This document shows positions 13,232 through 26,765 of a stretch of 64,000 nucleotides of DNA, piece by piece (position 1 is the first letter of the stretch; every line of letters starts with the position of its first letter). Made by a program: the position numbers and the translations under genes. Source of the stretch: Octopus vulgaris (Eukaryota); contig OX597817.1 of assembly GCA_951406725.2 (NCBI GenBank), positions 111,972,001 to 112,036,000 of the forward strand, read 5' to 3'. The notes beneath the pieces are model-generated. The model had not been told where the DNA came from and ran no database searches. It saw only the letters and a program-made list of their open reading frames with translations.

Positions 13232-14174
13232 TTAAACAGCCAAATGAAATCTGTCTTTAATAACTAACAAATTTAGTATAATGTTAAATTTTTACAGTAA
13301 TACAGTTTGTTGTCTGCATCTGGAGAAAATAAATAGCAAGTTTATTCAGAAGTGCTTTATTCTGTGGGAAAAAGTATTCAGGTTTGAAAATGTTAAATTA
13401 CAATATTTCAGATGCTTTAATAATTTTGCATGTATCAGAACCAGTTTTGAATATCATAATGAAAATTCTGAGGACACCAATTGTAGAACAAATTGTAATA
13501 AAATACCAAGAAGTGTCCAAATATAATGAAAGTGAGAAGTAAGGCACACTTAAGTTTCAGTGAATATTTATACCATGAAATGTGTTGCTGAAACATAACA
13601 CAAGGAAGACAATGACAACAGTTCTTTATTTGTACCAGATATTAGAGAATTTTATAAAGTGCATCTGGTTAATTACTTCTGCATTATTAACGATTTGGGA
13701 TCAAATATTCTTATTTAGTCCCTAAAAGGTTCATGCTTATTACATGTATTGAAATTTAGCAGTAATTTTGGGTTGTATCATTTGGCCAGGATACACTGAA
13801 AATTTTTTAGTAAGCATACAATAAAAAGCAAGATGACTTGATTTATGAGTTATTTGCTTACTTTATGTAAAGAATATATACACAGAGACGCCAACCATAT
13901 AAGACAGTAGTCAAGTCGTAGATGACATATTTAATGCAGGCAACATTAAAAAAAGCTGATTAAAAACATAATCAGTGAGGAAAAAGCGATACAGTCAATG
14001 ATTAATTCTACATAATTTATTTTGGCAAGTAAGGGAGACAACTTTGGATATTAAAGAAAACATACAAATCAGAGACCTGGCTAAAGTAAGGATAGGAAAA
14101 CTTCTAAATAAAATGGAAAAAAAAAAAGCAAAAACAGAACACTATACTTTGTTCGTTTGTTTATATGTATTTTT

Positions 14175-14520
14175 TATTCTTTTACTTATTTCAGTCATTT
14201 GACTGCGGCCATGCCGGAGCACCGCCTTTAGTTGAACAAATTGACCCCAAGACTTATTCTATTGGTTGCTTTGCCGAACCGCTAAGTTACGGGGACGTAA
14301 ACACACTAACATCGGCTGTTAAGCGATGGTGGTGGTGGTGGGGACAAACAAAGACACAAACATTTACATATATATATGACGAAACTCTTTCAGTTTCCAT
14401 CTACCAAATTCACTCTCAAGGCTTTAGTTGGTGACACTTGCCCAAAGTGCCATGCAGTAGGACTGAACCCAGAACCATGTGGTTGGGAAGCAAGCTTCTT
14501 ACCACACAGCTATGCCTGTA
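14175..14520 (-). mobile_element. tRNA-derived SINE (abundant octopus-type family) with CR1-like 3' tail
   Basis: Head GGCATAGCTGTGTGGTAAGAAGCTTGCTTCCCAACCACATGGTTCTGGGTTCAGTCC (A/B boxes); tail GGCGGTGCTCCGGCATGGCCGCAGTCAAATGACTGAAA; relatives at about 12520-12660, 17595-17790, 18200-18360 and 45640-45820. Confidence 0.85.
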
Positions 14521-16779
14521 TGTATGTATGAATGAATGAATGAAACAATTTCCATAAAAACATTTTACTTGAAATTGTAAACAATAAAAATTACTAAATA
14601 ATTTTCTTTTTAAAATCTTTATTAACCAATGGACTCTAATCACTTATCTTAAGTTCAGGTCAGGCATCTGGACAAAGCAATGTACTGTGGCTGCTATGTA
14701 CATAACAGCAGCATACACATTAGCATTGGGTCTGCAGGTAACTGGCCTGTGTGCTCATGCCTTAGGATAGCTTCAGGTGAAACGATGTATTCTCTGTACA
14801 AAGATTTATTACTACATCATACAATGCAAATTTTAGCAGAGAAACCTAATGCAGTCTGAAGTTGAGTAATAAATGCTTGATTAGTTTATGATAGAGCTGG
14901 ATCACTTAACTGTCATTTTAATGTTATGAGTTTAATCTATGTTAAAAAGTTAGCTAATATCCCTTTAATATTAGTCAATATTCTTCAAGTTCATATTACA
15001 CTACAAATTCAATTAGGCAACTATATATATATATATATTATATATATATAAACCAATAATCAAAATATACTCCCAAAACAATGCAATAACTTTATTTCAA
15101 AATGTTTCTTTCTGTAAGGAAGTTTCACCTAATCTATTTGGTATTAGTAAGTCCCACAACTCATTTGGTTGTAAGTGCACTGCATATTTGGGTAAATTAT
15201 TCAGATGGAACCTTTCTTATCTCTATTTTATTAATGCTAATTTAAAATGCTACACATACTGATTTAAATATTGATTTAATTTTGAATAGGAACCAAGAAC
15301 TTGTATTTGAGGAGTAGAAGAAACATGATATTGTGAAGAAGATGTCTCTCCTAAGTGCAATAGCAACACAAATCAAGTGAAATGGCTTCAACTGTGGATT
15401 TAGCCTGTTAACATTAAAACCAGCCATATCTGGCTCAAATATTCTACATGATTTAGGTTCAAACTGGACAAATCTGGCTTCATGAATAAATAGGCATTAC
15501 ATTTGACAGAATAATCTGAATGCTAAAGAGTTAAACAGTGTTGCACTTGGCTTGCTGGAAGCTTACCTTTAAATCTATAATGCATAGCATTGTAAGATTT
15601 CAAAAGTTTTAGGATTAAATTAACTATTTATTTTATCATAATTATTGATCTTTAAAGATGTGGTGGTGGTGGCTCATCATCATCATCCTTTTCCATGCTG
15701 GCATGGGTTGGATGGTTTGATCAGAGCTGGCAAGCCATTGGAGAGCTGCACCAAGTTCCAGTCTGATCTGGCTTGGTTTCTATGACTGGATGTCTTTCCT
15801 AATGCCAGCTACTTTACTGTGCATGCTGGGTGCTTTTATTGTGGCACTAGCATAAGTGCTTATATGTGGCAGTAGCACAAGTACTTTTTATGTGGCACTG
15901 GCACAAGGCTCTTGTAGGTCAATCCTCTTCACTGGAGTGGCAGCATTAACATTTCTACTGTGCAGGATGAGTCTTCTTGAGTACAGCAAAGTGCCAGATA
16001 TCTTGGTCCTTTGTCATCTCCAAAAGGGTCAATATATACAGAAATAGTTTTCCTTTGACTTCACATACTTACCATTGCTAAAGTGAACCACCAAGCATGA
16101 AGAGACTTTGCAGTAGACATATGGTACAGACATAGAATTATGGTACTAGGGATAAGATACTAATACTGTAATGTTTTGTTCAGTAAGCTTCCACTTAATA
16201 CATAAGGCCAACTGTAATTCTTTATAATACTGAAAGATTTAATTGAAAAAACAAACTCTTTTACCAATTTCTCAAAGTCTGTTTTCCAACATAGGTAAAT
16301 TATCACAAATTTTGGGGCAATTATATCAACCCTAGTAAATGACTAGTATTTATTAACTTGTAAAGATGAAAGGCTAAGTTGACTTGGCCAAGATTTGAAT
16401 TTGGAACATAAAACAATGTAACTAAATACCGCATGATATTTTATCTCGTGTTACTGATTCTGCCAACAACAATAAATAATGTTATCAAAAAGCAATAAAC
16501 TGGACTCTAAAAATATGTGTTTTTATATAATTTAAGATAAGCTGAACTATGAACTTTGAATAGAGTCATCATTTTAGTGTTTATCTCAATATGATTAACT
16601 GATCACCAAAGATTTATCTAAGTTTTTAGAATTTATTAATAAATGAATTTAGATCAATGCTAAAAAAAACAAACAAAAAATATAAAAAAAAAAGATTGGC
16701 TTCAATATGTTGGTCCTAGTTTGTGAATATAACTTGAGAGGTTGTGATGGGGCAAGTGACAGAACTCAGGATCTTATAG

Positions 16780-17385
16780 TTTCAAGATCATCAAAAACAA
16801 GTTCATCTATCATCCCATTAAAGTTAAGCACGCAGTAGTTCAGCTTCATATTCAATAATGTTAAGTAGATAAAGAAAGAACCTTATTGTTGTCCCAAACT
16901 CCCATCTGTTTTCTACACAACTGTAATTCAGATTACATTATTATCCAAATGAGTCCTTCCTTGTTGGCCAGATGTAATTTCTTTATGTTGATCAATGTAG
17001 TGGATCTGTTGTTTATTCTGGCTAAGATGTTTGAAAAGATGAAAAGGCCAAGTAGATTAGTTATTGGACTATTGACTAAATGCATTTGTAAGGTTGAGTT
17101 TTAGTTCACGTGGCTCTTGTTCTGAAGGAATATGTACTGGATTTTCAGAGAATGTTGCAAGTAGTAGAAAAACCATTTTGCAAGAGATTTATCTTTTGCT
17201 TTTAACAGAGGAGCTAAGTACCAGTTCTTATAAGTATTTTTCAATTTGGGATACATTATAGGGCACTGCTCAACCAGAAACCAAGGATATGTCTTTGGTA
17301 GCTAAACAGAAGAATATATTTGTTAATGAGATTAAATGAACGGAAATATCTAATGTTTTAGACAGAACCCTTCATCAAAGACTCC
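16780..17385 (-). mobile_element. Possible very old Penelope-like remnant
   Basis: Weak RT-like words and a decayed hammerhead-like string TTGATGAAGGGTTCTGTCTAAAACATTAGA at about 17349-17378; heavily diverged. Confidence 0.25.
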
Positions 17386-18153
17386 ACCCAAAATGTTCAG
17401 TATTTCTTCTAATCATGGCTTACTAACACATCTAACTCACCCCATCCTCTTACTAACTAAGCCAAAGCTAATCTTAAATTTCATAAGGCAAGTAGAATTA
17501 AGTTTTCCTAGAAAGCTCAGTCCTGATCAAGAAGACCATTCAACAAAGGTACTTAAGTTATAGGCCTTTTTTCATAATATATATATATATTTATTAACTT
17601 GTTTCAGTAATTACACTGCAGCCATGCCAGGGCACTAGCTTAAAGAACTTTTAGTCGAATGTATCAACCCCAGTAATTATTTTTTAAAGCCAGGTATTTA
17701 TCCTATCAGTCTCTTTTGTTACATGTATGTAAACACACCAACACGAGTTAAGTGGTGGTGGTGGTAGGGACAAACACACACACACACTTCAATAAGAAAA
17801 AAAAATCTACAACCTTCCGTCTCAATATACCACTATTGTCCATGAAAGTTATTTTTTATATTTACTACGGATTGGTTGAAACTTTCTTGCTACACCTCGA
17901 TCGTTGGATCTTATATTTATTTATACACACACACACACGATGGAAGCGCGTGGCTTAGTGATTAGGGTGATGGACCCATGATTGTGGTTTCAATTCCTAG
18001 ATCGGGTGACGTTTTGTGTTTTTGAGCAATAACACAAGCTGGCAAAAATGAGTAATCCTGCGACGGACCGTCGTCCTGTCCAGGTGGGGAATATATACGT
18101 CATAGAAACCGGCCCTATAGATCTATGTGGCTCGGGAAGGAACTTTGTTTTTT

Positions 18154-18205
<52 letters not shown>

Positions 18206-18515
18206 GATTCTTTCAGTTTCCGTCTACCAAATCCTCCCACAAGGCTTTAATCCGTACGAGGCTATAGTAGAAGACACTTGCCCAAGATGCTATGCAGTGG
18301 GACTGAACTCGGAACTATGTGGTTGGGAAGCAAACTTATCATACAGCCACACCTGTGCCTAAATTGTGGACAACGGCATTCAACATGTTCTTTACTTAAA
18401 GCGATTGGGTGTGATTTGAGGGCGAATAGGATATTACCAAGTCAAGCGACAATCTAAAGATTTTTCAAGTGTCTTTGAAATAGTAAACAAAATAATAATC
18501 TAGTTATTTCAATCA

Positions 18516-18752
18516 GGTGGCAGAAACGTTAGCACGCCGGGCGAACGTTTAGTGATATTTCGTCTGCCGCGTTTTGAGTTCAAATTCCACCGAGATTGAC
18601 TATGCCTTTTAGTCGAATGTATCAACCCCAGTAATTATTTTTAAAGCCTTTCAGGGTCGATAAATTAAGTACCAGTGAAACATTGGAGTCAATGTAATCG
18701 ACTAGTCTTCTCCCATCAAATTTCAGGCTTTGTGCCTTAAGTAGAAAGGCTA
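18516..18752 (+). mobile_element. tRNA-derived SINE, second family
   Basis: TGGCAGAAACGTTAGCACGCCGGGCG..GAGTTCAAATTCC..GTCGATAAATTAAGTACCAG; relatives on - strand at 19545-19990 (two in tandem), about 21560-21710 and 45890-46105. Confidence 0.85.
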
Positions 18753-19544
18753 ATCAATAATCAGTAAAAAGAAAATATCCAAACATTTGCATTCACAAGT
18801 GGATATGAGATATATCAGTGTGGAACTAATAGAGAAAATATCTAAAATCATTATTTATTAGAAATTGGGCGTCCTCCGAAATGTTAACGGTTAAATAAGT
18901 GCGTGGATAAATTGTGATAAAGTTCATATGTTTGATAAAAACAAATTCAGCCTTATGTTTATGCATGAAGCTATCTACATCTGGAGCATGAACTGGAAAG
19001 TAACTGAACTAGTTTCGATCCTATTGTCTTCTATCAAACGGGTCTACGCAGGAGGCAGAATGTACGAATGCATGTTTGTTAAAGATGCATATGCGAGTTA
19101 ACTTATTCCAAATTTTTCCACACGTACGCTGTCGCAATACTGGGGCTCTTTTATTTTATATGTGCAACCAGTGAATGTACAGATGTCATTTTTACATAAA
19201 AACGCCTGTTACTCATAACTCGAAGAAGCTTTCTCTCCTTGTAGGACGAATATGAATGGATTAAGGCAGCGAGAACTAGTCAAGCTGTTCTCCAGTTCGT
19301 TCGGCAAAGAGTCCTTTATCTTCGCACTTCAGGAATAGAACTGACCGAATCCTGATGTATTTCTAAATAACAACGAAAGTTGTGAGTCCGTTCTCCACCA
19401 GTCTCGGAGTGTCTGCTAGATACTATAGACACTTAAAAACAATTAGCGAAAGCATACTTAAATGCTACCAAGTCATACTCGGTTGCAAGTGACGGTATGT
19501 ATGTATATGTGTGTGTGTGTGTAAGACAGAGATTGTCAAACATA

Positions 19545-19990
19545 AAACGAAGTAAATATTGGCTTCAAATTTTGGCACAAGGCCAGCAATTTCGGGGGAG
19601 AGAGACTAAGTCGATTACATCGACCCCTCCCCAGTGCTCGACTGGTACTTATTTTAACAACCCCGAAAGGATGAAAGGCAAAGTCGACCTCAGCGGAATT
19701 TGAACTCAGAACGTAATGACGGACGAAATGCATTTTGCTCGGCATGCTAACAATCTATTTCTTTACTACCCATACAAGGGGCTAAACACAGAGGGGACAA
19801 ACAAGGACACACAAACGGATTAAGTCGATGATATCGACCCCAGTGCGTAACTGGTACTTATTTATTCGACCCCGAAAGGATGAAAGGTAAAGTCGACCTC
19901 GGCGGAATTTGAACTCAGAACGCAGCGGCGGACGAAATACTACAAAGCATTTCGCCCGGCATGCTAACAACCTGTCAGCTCGAACTAAAT
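19545..19990 (-). mobile_element. Two tandem copies of the second SINE family
   Basis: CCCCGAAAGGATGAAAGG.AAAGTCGACCTC.GCGGAATTTGAACTCAGAACG occurs twice. Confidence 0.85.
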
Positions 19991-20989
19991 ACTCAAATCA
20001 GAAAAAGCACGCAACAAAGTTGAGTGACTAAAAGATATTTGGCTGCTGTTTCCAACAGAATGGGCGCCTACGTAAGGGCTTTTTTGTTGGCTTGTATCTC
20101 GGAGTGTTCCAAGTCATCCTAATTGAACAGGCCTCTGATCGAAGACAATAAAATAGAGCACTTCGCCTTTTTTATGTGTATGTAGCATTAATATAAAACA
20201 ATTTATTATTTAAGATTGTAGTAGATCCGAAGCAGATTTTTCTGCTATTTCTTTCAGGTCAAATTATTCTGTAGAAAGCTCACTCACTCGTTGGCTCGTG
20301 TCTCAATGTTGTTTAGACCCACCTCTTCTCTCATCGAACATAATAACCTATGATTAACAATATTTTAGCCATGGCTATCTCATTTTATTTTCACTTATTT
20401 AATATGTTCCTAGAACAACATTAAACGTAATGTGTCTTCCCTATGTTTTGGCCGTTATTTCTAAGCGATCAAGAGACCGCCCCTTTCCTTGTGTTGTCAA
20501 GTCGGTTAAAGATCGGTAAACATAAGTACAAGATTTGGTTTCGAATCCTAGGTTAAAAAATGTAACAGATTTCACTTCCCTAAATATTAGACGTGATACC
20601 AAATCAAAACAAACTATATATATATATATATATATATAATGCTATAAGAAAGAACAACTAAAAAGTGCACTTAATTCATCAAGAATAGTTTGGAGAACAA
20701 TCCATACCCAAAAGCGTGGAAACAGAAAATACAAAAATAAACAGTTGGGTAAACCCCGATATTCAATATTTAGCAAAAGCAAAAAAAAAAAAAAAAAAAA
20801 AAAAAAAGGACTACAAAATAGTATTTGATTTTTCATTAAAAAAAAATTTAAATAATGTTGAAAACCAAAAAAATAAATGAATTATTCTGGCAAGTGACTT
20901 ATTTATAAAGTGATCAATTGACTATCAGCAATGATATAGATACATATATAAGTCTTAATATTAATTCTAGAGGCATTTTATGTTGTTAC

Positions 20990-21073
20990 CTTGGTCATTC
21001 CAACCCCGATGACATAGACATCGTTGTAACTGGATGATGAGTTGAGTGAACGAGTGGCATGTAGCGGCGCCAT
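20990..21073 (-). CDS. SCP2: SCPx/SCP2 (sterol carrier protein X, peroxisomal thiolase) coding exon 1
   Basis: ATG at 21073 in CAAAATGG context; MAPLHATRSLNSSSSYNDVYVIGVGMTK (VxVIGVGMTK is the SCPx N-terminal motif); donor AAG|GTAACA; 84 nt, phase 0. Confidence 0.93.
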
Positions 21074-21079
21074 TTTGGT
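21064..21079 (-). promoter_or_regulatory. YY1-like motif overlapping the SCP2 start codon
   Basis: CCAAAATGGCGCCGC matches the CAAAATGGCG YY1 consensus, common at housekeeping-gene starts; motif match only. Confidence 0.4.
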
Positions 21080-23230
21080 GTTAACACGAAGGACGCTGTA
21101 ATATTTTATTCGCTTTTAATAATTGTTTTATCATACGATTTTAGCTGCTGGAGACTATCTACATATATCTATACTTATCCATATCAATCTATATATATAT
21201 GTTTACATATATCTATAGATATAAGATAAAGAGGAAAGAAAGAGAAATGGGGAGAGGGAGAGTGTGCATGCGTTTGTCCATATATGTTAAATTAATCAGC
21301 AGTAGCATTAAGTCACCCGGATGTCAACATTCTTTAAAATTTAACCTTTCGTCACATTTATTAATTTTTATTCCAAAAAGAAGCGAAATATCACTGCCGT
21401 CATAATTCATAGTATTAATAAGTATATTCATAAACAATGTACTTTATAGTAGAAACAATTACAACATATTTGTTGTATTTCTTTTTCAGTATTTTTAAAC
21501 CAATTTCTTTTATTCAGCGAAGAATTATGTACAAAAGTCTATTGAATTTAACAATGGTACTTGATTGATTGATAACTTATTTCATCTATCTCAGAGAAAT
21601 GTGAGGTAATGACGACCCCAGTGGCATTTGAACTCAGAATGCCTACGGTCGAAACTAAATACTGCAAGGCGTTTTAAACTGGCGCTCGGCCGTTTATATC
21701 ATTCCACCGCCTTTTCCCCACATTTTAAAATCAAAGTCCTGGTAAATTATTTTCGATAGAATGTTAAATTTAATCTTATGTAGATCATAAGTGACAAATT
21801 TTATTTTTTATTTAAACATAAAATGGAATATTAGCTGTGGATTTAAGGGACAGAGTACATACCAAGAAAAAAAGATGTATAGGAAAGAGAGATATTGCTT
21901 TGTGTGTCTGAGTATCGGTCGACCTGTTTTCCAGTAGTGCACTAGTTCCCCCATTCGTCTGAAATTCGTAGGGAATTCAGAATAATTTCAAATATACATA
22001 CTAACCCCTGAAATTATAACAGTTATTATATCTACCGATATATATTTTTGCTCAATATGTGAAATTGCTTTAAAAGCTTGACATTTACAAAGAAAGTTAG
22101 TATAGAGAAAAGACTTTATATGATAAGTCACGTTGGAAATTAAAGCGAATATCAAATAATGTGAATATATAAACACTGGTAGTGAGTTGTGCGACTGCGT
22201 ATGAAAAAAAAAATCAAGGCAATGTTTGTTTGAAGAAAAATATATTTTTGATGTCAAAGCTACTTGAGAAGCAAGACAATGACCGAAAGAATGAAGTAAG
22301 GAAAGGGCGAATATTAAATTTAGATAAGTAGAAAGAAGAGTGAGGGATAAATGTATAAGATAAAGTTGGAGATAGAGACGGAGTATCTCAAAGACGATGT
22401 ACGTCAAAAAGAGTCTGTTATGTACGATAATGTAAAGCAGACACAAAAACAGAGAGAGAGAGGGCAGAGGATTAAATAGAAAGGGTGTAAACCAATGTCG
22501 AACTATGATAGAGAAAGAGATGATTAACTAGAGTGTATGGTGAAACAGACGGGTAATGAAAGATTTAAATAGAAAGGGAGTACGACACTGTAGTGCATAC
22601 TAAGAGATAGAAAAACTGTTTTCAGTAGAGAGGGTGAGTCAAGACCCGGAGGGAGTTTTGAAGCCCTGCTAAGTTACTAACGAATTTACTAACAATTTTC
22701 TTTTGGCGCCGTTATAGTTTATGCTATTAGAGAATACCAGCGCTAAACAAGCATTAATTAGTGCACTAAAAAAAAAAATTCATTGCCACCTCGCAATTAC
22801 CTTGAAAAAGAAAAGACTGATTATTATTATATGCTTCTCATACGCATCTCTCTTTCGCCCTATCATACGCACATATATAGATACATATACACACATTTAG
22901 AATATATATTTATACATATTTAGATATACAAACAGAAATACCTCCATATAATACACACACTCACACATTATTTGTATACACACACACACACACACACACA
23001 TATAGACAGAGAGTGAGAGAAAGAGCCCCTCTCTTTGTGTGTATGTGTCTGTCTTTCTCATTACACCCTCACTCATAACTATGTATTTGTCTGCACAAGA
23101 AGGAGAAGCAGTGTGAGTAGTCGTAAAACGGGGAAAAATGGTAGTCCAAGGAGTGGATTAAAACTAAGCGATTGCTATTCTTAAACGGAGGAAAAAAAGC
23201 TTAGCTTGGATTTATATTTATTTCTTTTAG

Positions 23231-23283
23231 CAATGACATTTATTTTGGATATTTTAGTTCAGAAAGCCTCTTCTGTTATACAG
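23231..23283 (+). CDS. Candidate early exon of an unidentified divergent gene
   Basis: Strong donor CAG|GTAAGA at 23283/23284; ATG at 23233 gives MTFILDILVQKASSVIQ in phase 0; preceded by TTTCTTTTAG; may instead be 5' UTR. Confidence 0.4.
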
Positions 23284-25049
23284 GTAAGAGACTAATTATT
23301 ACGCTTTCTTATTCTCAATGTGTTGACAAGAAGTGGAGGTTCATTTAAATTGATAAATAAACTGAAAACTGAACCTCCGCTTAATGACGACAGCATACGT
23401 ATGGCATAAATTCAACTTGTCTTGACTTTTTCTATAAAATATCATTAAATATCTTTCAACAAAATGAATCCTTCATTTACTTGGTTAAAAATTTCTGTAA
23501 GAAATGATTTAGAGACGATATATGATCGTTACTATACCCTGTTTGGTGTGATATTGCTACTACTAAAGCTTATGTTGGTAATTTTCATTATGAGCAGACG
23601 AGCGGAGCTTTCTCTTTATTAATAGATCTGATGATGAAATACTGTAAGATGTTTTTTGTAAGAACTTTTTGTTTATACTTTTATTTTCAACATTTCATTA
23701 AGTATCTGTTCTTAATATAAATGTTTACGGACAAAATAATTTTAGGTAGAGAAGCTGGGCACTTGCCACAAAGTGAGGGATCGTTTTAGTATTGATTTAC
23801 AGAAAGAGCTGATCCCTCACTTTGTGGCGATTATTTACAAATGTCGGCTATAGCCTGCTTGCTTGTATGCTTTAGCTGACTAATAGGCCATGGTTGTAGT
23901 ATTAAGCAATAAAAGCGACGAGTGCTGCAGATTTTATGACTAATTTTATATTTGACAAAATGCATTCAGAATATGAAATTAAAGATAGTCTGGTGGAATA
24001 GAGAGAAATTTTAAATAGCTTTTGTTTACATCTGATTTCATTTATAACCTCTCCATTCTTGACATGTTAAAACACTTGGAAGACTCATCATATAGATTTT
24101 GAAATATTTTTATCGTAATATTAAAGCTTAAATTCTTCATGATCTTCATGGAATTGAAATTTCGATGCTGTATTCAGAAAAATGTTTCAAACTCTTTTAG
24201 TCAGATCAGATTGCAAACAATTACTCAGGTGTATGCCAGATTTTTCAGCGAACGACTGCATCAGTGGCCATATTGTATCATAAACATTGTCAATGGACTA
24301 TATTTAATAGAATGCTTCATCTATTTCTGTACAGTTATTCTTTTCAATACATTCGTTGTCTGAGATATTTTTTCATTAAATGAGGAGTTTCGTTCATTTT
24401 ATGTTTCGACTGTTATTGATAATACTCAATCTAAATCATGTATATTCATTTACAAATATTGAAATACCAGAACTCCTGTTGCCTGCGAAAATAGCCACTG
24501 TTGTGTATTATTATTATTCTTAAGTTTCTCCTTTTTGTTGCTTTACTTTTAATTCATCCATTTAGATATTTCCTCCCAAATCTTTTTACTAAGCACTTTC
24601 TTAGAATATATATATTTATTTTTTCTGTGTGTTTTATACACACAGCAACTGACTTATTGTATGTGTGTGTGTATATATATATATATTTTTTAATATACAC
24701 ATACATAACATATACAACCATACATTTGTTTCTTATAGTCATGTATATATATCTGCAGATGGTGTGTACATTCTCAATGCAAACTAAGCAAGTTACTTAT
24801 ATATATATATATTAATATAATTATAAATAAATGATTCTTATATATATATATTATATATATATAATCATTTTTAAGAAAGTTACGAGAAAGCAGTTGAGGG
24901 GGAACCAACATGTAGTTAAGCCGATACTCACTTTTATATATTAAGCAAGTTGTGGATATATGCATTTTCGCTGGGCAGATAGATATATTATTAAACAAAA
25001 GTATGTATATATATCATTCGCCATGCTAGACCGCTGAAAGCTACAAGTT

Positions 25050-25200
25050 TTTTCATTCTCTGTTTATTTTCTCTTATTCCTTTCTGTTGAAGAGCCTAAG
25101 CCCGAAACGTATGACTTTATTTTCCCGAGCGTCAAACTAATACACTTACTTGCTTGTTCATACACCTGTCTTCGTCTTTTGTTTTTCTATAAATTTTGAC
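25050..25200 (+). mobile_element. Truncated 3' end of the Neptune-type PLE with a degenerate hammerhead motif
   Basis: Similar to 43840-44000: CTGTTGAAGAGCCTAAGCCCGAAACGTA..CCTGTCTTCGTCTTTTGTT. Confidence 0.75.
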
Positions 25201-25264
25201 TATATATATAATGAAAGCAAGTTGCTGTGTGTATGTATATAAGTATATATATGCAATCAATCGC

Positions 25265-25325
<61 letters not shown>

Positions 25326-26116
25326 TGAAAGAAGTTTTATTGCATATATGTATATTTTGAAAGCAAGTTCTATGTATCTTAAAAACACAGTTTCTTACAA
25401 TGCGAAAAAAAAAAAAAAAGAATGTTTCAAGCATAAAGACCTAACATGAAAAAATAAACGAAGATTTATCGGTCTATTAAGATACTGATCTAAATAGACC
25501 GATTGTTTGAAAAGGTTATTAGATTTATTCCTTTCTTCATTTAAGAATCTCTCAGTCTTAAACTCGTTTTACAAAGTGATTCAAGTAAGCTGCAAGGTTC
25601 TATAGTGTGTGTGTGAGAGAGAGAGACAGACATATAACCCCGTTCTGGTAATGAATGGTAAATTAGTCCACAAGTTAGGAGCATAGTGTTGAACTCGTAT
25701 AAACGCACATTATGTGCGTGAAAATTCTTGAATCAATGATCAAGGAGACCATAAGTTGAATAATATGACTTTACAGCAAATACTAGTATTTACATATTCA
25801 ATGCAATGTCCACACATAAATACATTTTAATCGTAAATTCTGTCCGAGTGAAAAAAAAAAAGCTACGAATAAAAACTTATTCAATTATAACCGTAATGAG
25901 TTCTATTTCGTCCAACTAGGTTTTACTTATATGTTCTTAGAATATAATGTGTGTTATACCAAAAGTAAGTGGTTTCTATTATAACTTCCTATGAGGAAAT
26001 ATACAAAATACAAAAACAATTAGTTGACTTGTATATTCTTAGCAGACGACTTATTTATCATGAATCCTTTTTGTTTTGCTTGCAAACGCAGTATGACTAT
26101 TCACTATATGTATGTA

Positions 26117-26163
<47 letters not shown>

Positions 26164-26280
26164 TATTTAAAGTGTTTTATAACTAAATATAGACTACAAT
26201 TATTCCAATATATCAGTCATTGGAAACGGAAGTTTTAAAATATCCATACCTAACTGATATTTTTCTTCTTCCTCTTCCAG

Positions 26281-26299
26281 TTCCGTGTATTGTCTAAAC
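26281..26299 (+). CDS. Candidate 19-nt microexon of the divergent gene
   Basis: TAAC branch-like site, then TTTTTCTTCTTCCTCTTCCAG| TTCCGTGTATTGTCTAAAC |GTAAGA; reads FRVLSK in frame with 23233-23283. Confidence 0.45.
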
Positions 26300-26451
26300 G
26301 TAAGATGTTTTTGTTTATCTTTTTTTTTTCTAATATATGGAATAATTCTTTTGCAATTTATTAATATTTAGATTAAAAAAGAATAAATTTATGCGTCAGC
26401 GAACTAATACTTTTTTTTCTGTTTGGAGGGCTTTGTAGGAATATCACTAAC

Positions 26452-26765
26452 ACTCCGTCGATTATGATGAGTGTTCCAGTTGATCCGATCAGCGAAATAG
26501 CCTGCTCGTTAAAATTAACATGCTAGTGCTGAGCATTCAACAGACACGCGCACCCTTAACGTAAATTCTCAGGGAGATTCAGCATGACAGAATGTGACAA
26601 GGCTGGCCATTTGAAATACTGGTACTACTTATTTTTGCTAGCTGAGTGGACTAGAGCAATGTGAAATAAAGAAACTTGCTCAAGGACACAACGAACCGCC
26701 GAATATCGAACTCACAACCTTACGATCGTGAGTCGAACACCTCTAACCACTAAATCATGAGCCTT
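26452..26765 (-). mobile_element. tRNA-derived SINE, third family
   Basis: Minus-strand head TTAGTGGTTAGAGGTGTTCGACTCACGATCGTAAGGTTGTGAGTTCGAT, then GTGTCCTTGAGCAAG..TTGCTCTAGTCCACTCAGCT; relatives at 52570-52725 (-) and about 17940-18140 (+). Confidence 0.8.

Noticed and set aside
17938-18010. tRNA-like sequences here and at about 14440-14520, 26700-26765, 32197-32265 and 52660-52725
   Set aside because: SINE heads followed by SINE bodies; no complete cloverleaf evident
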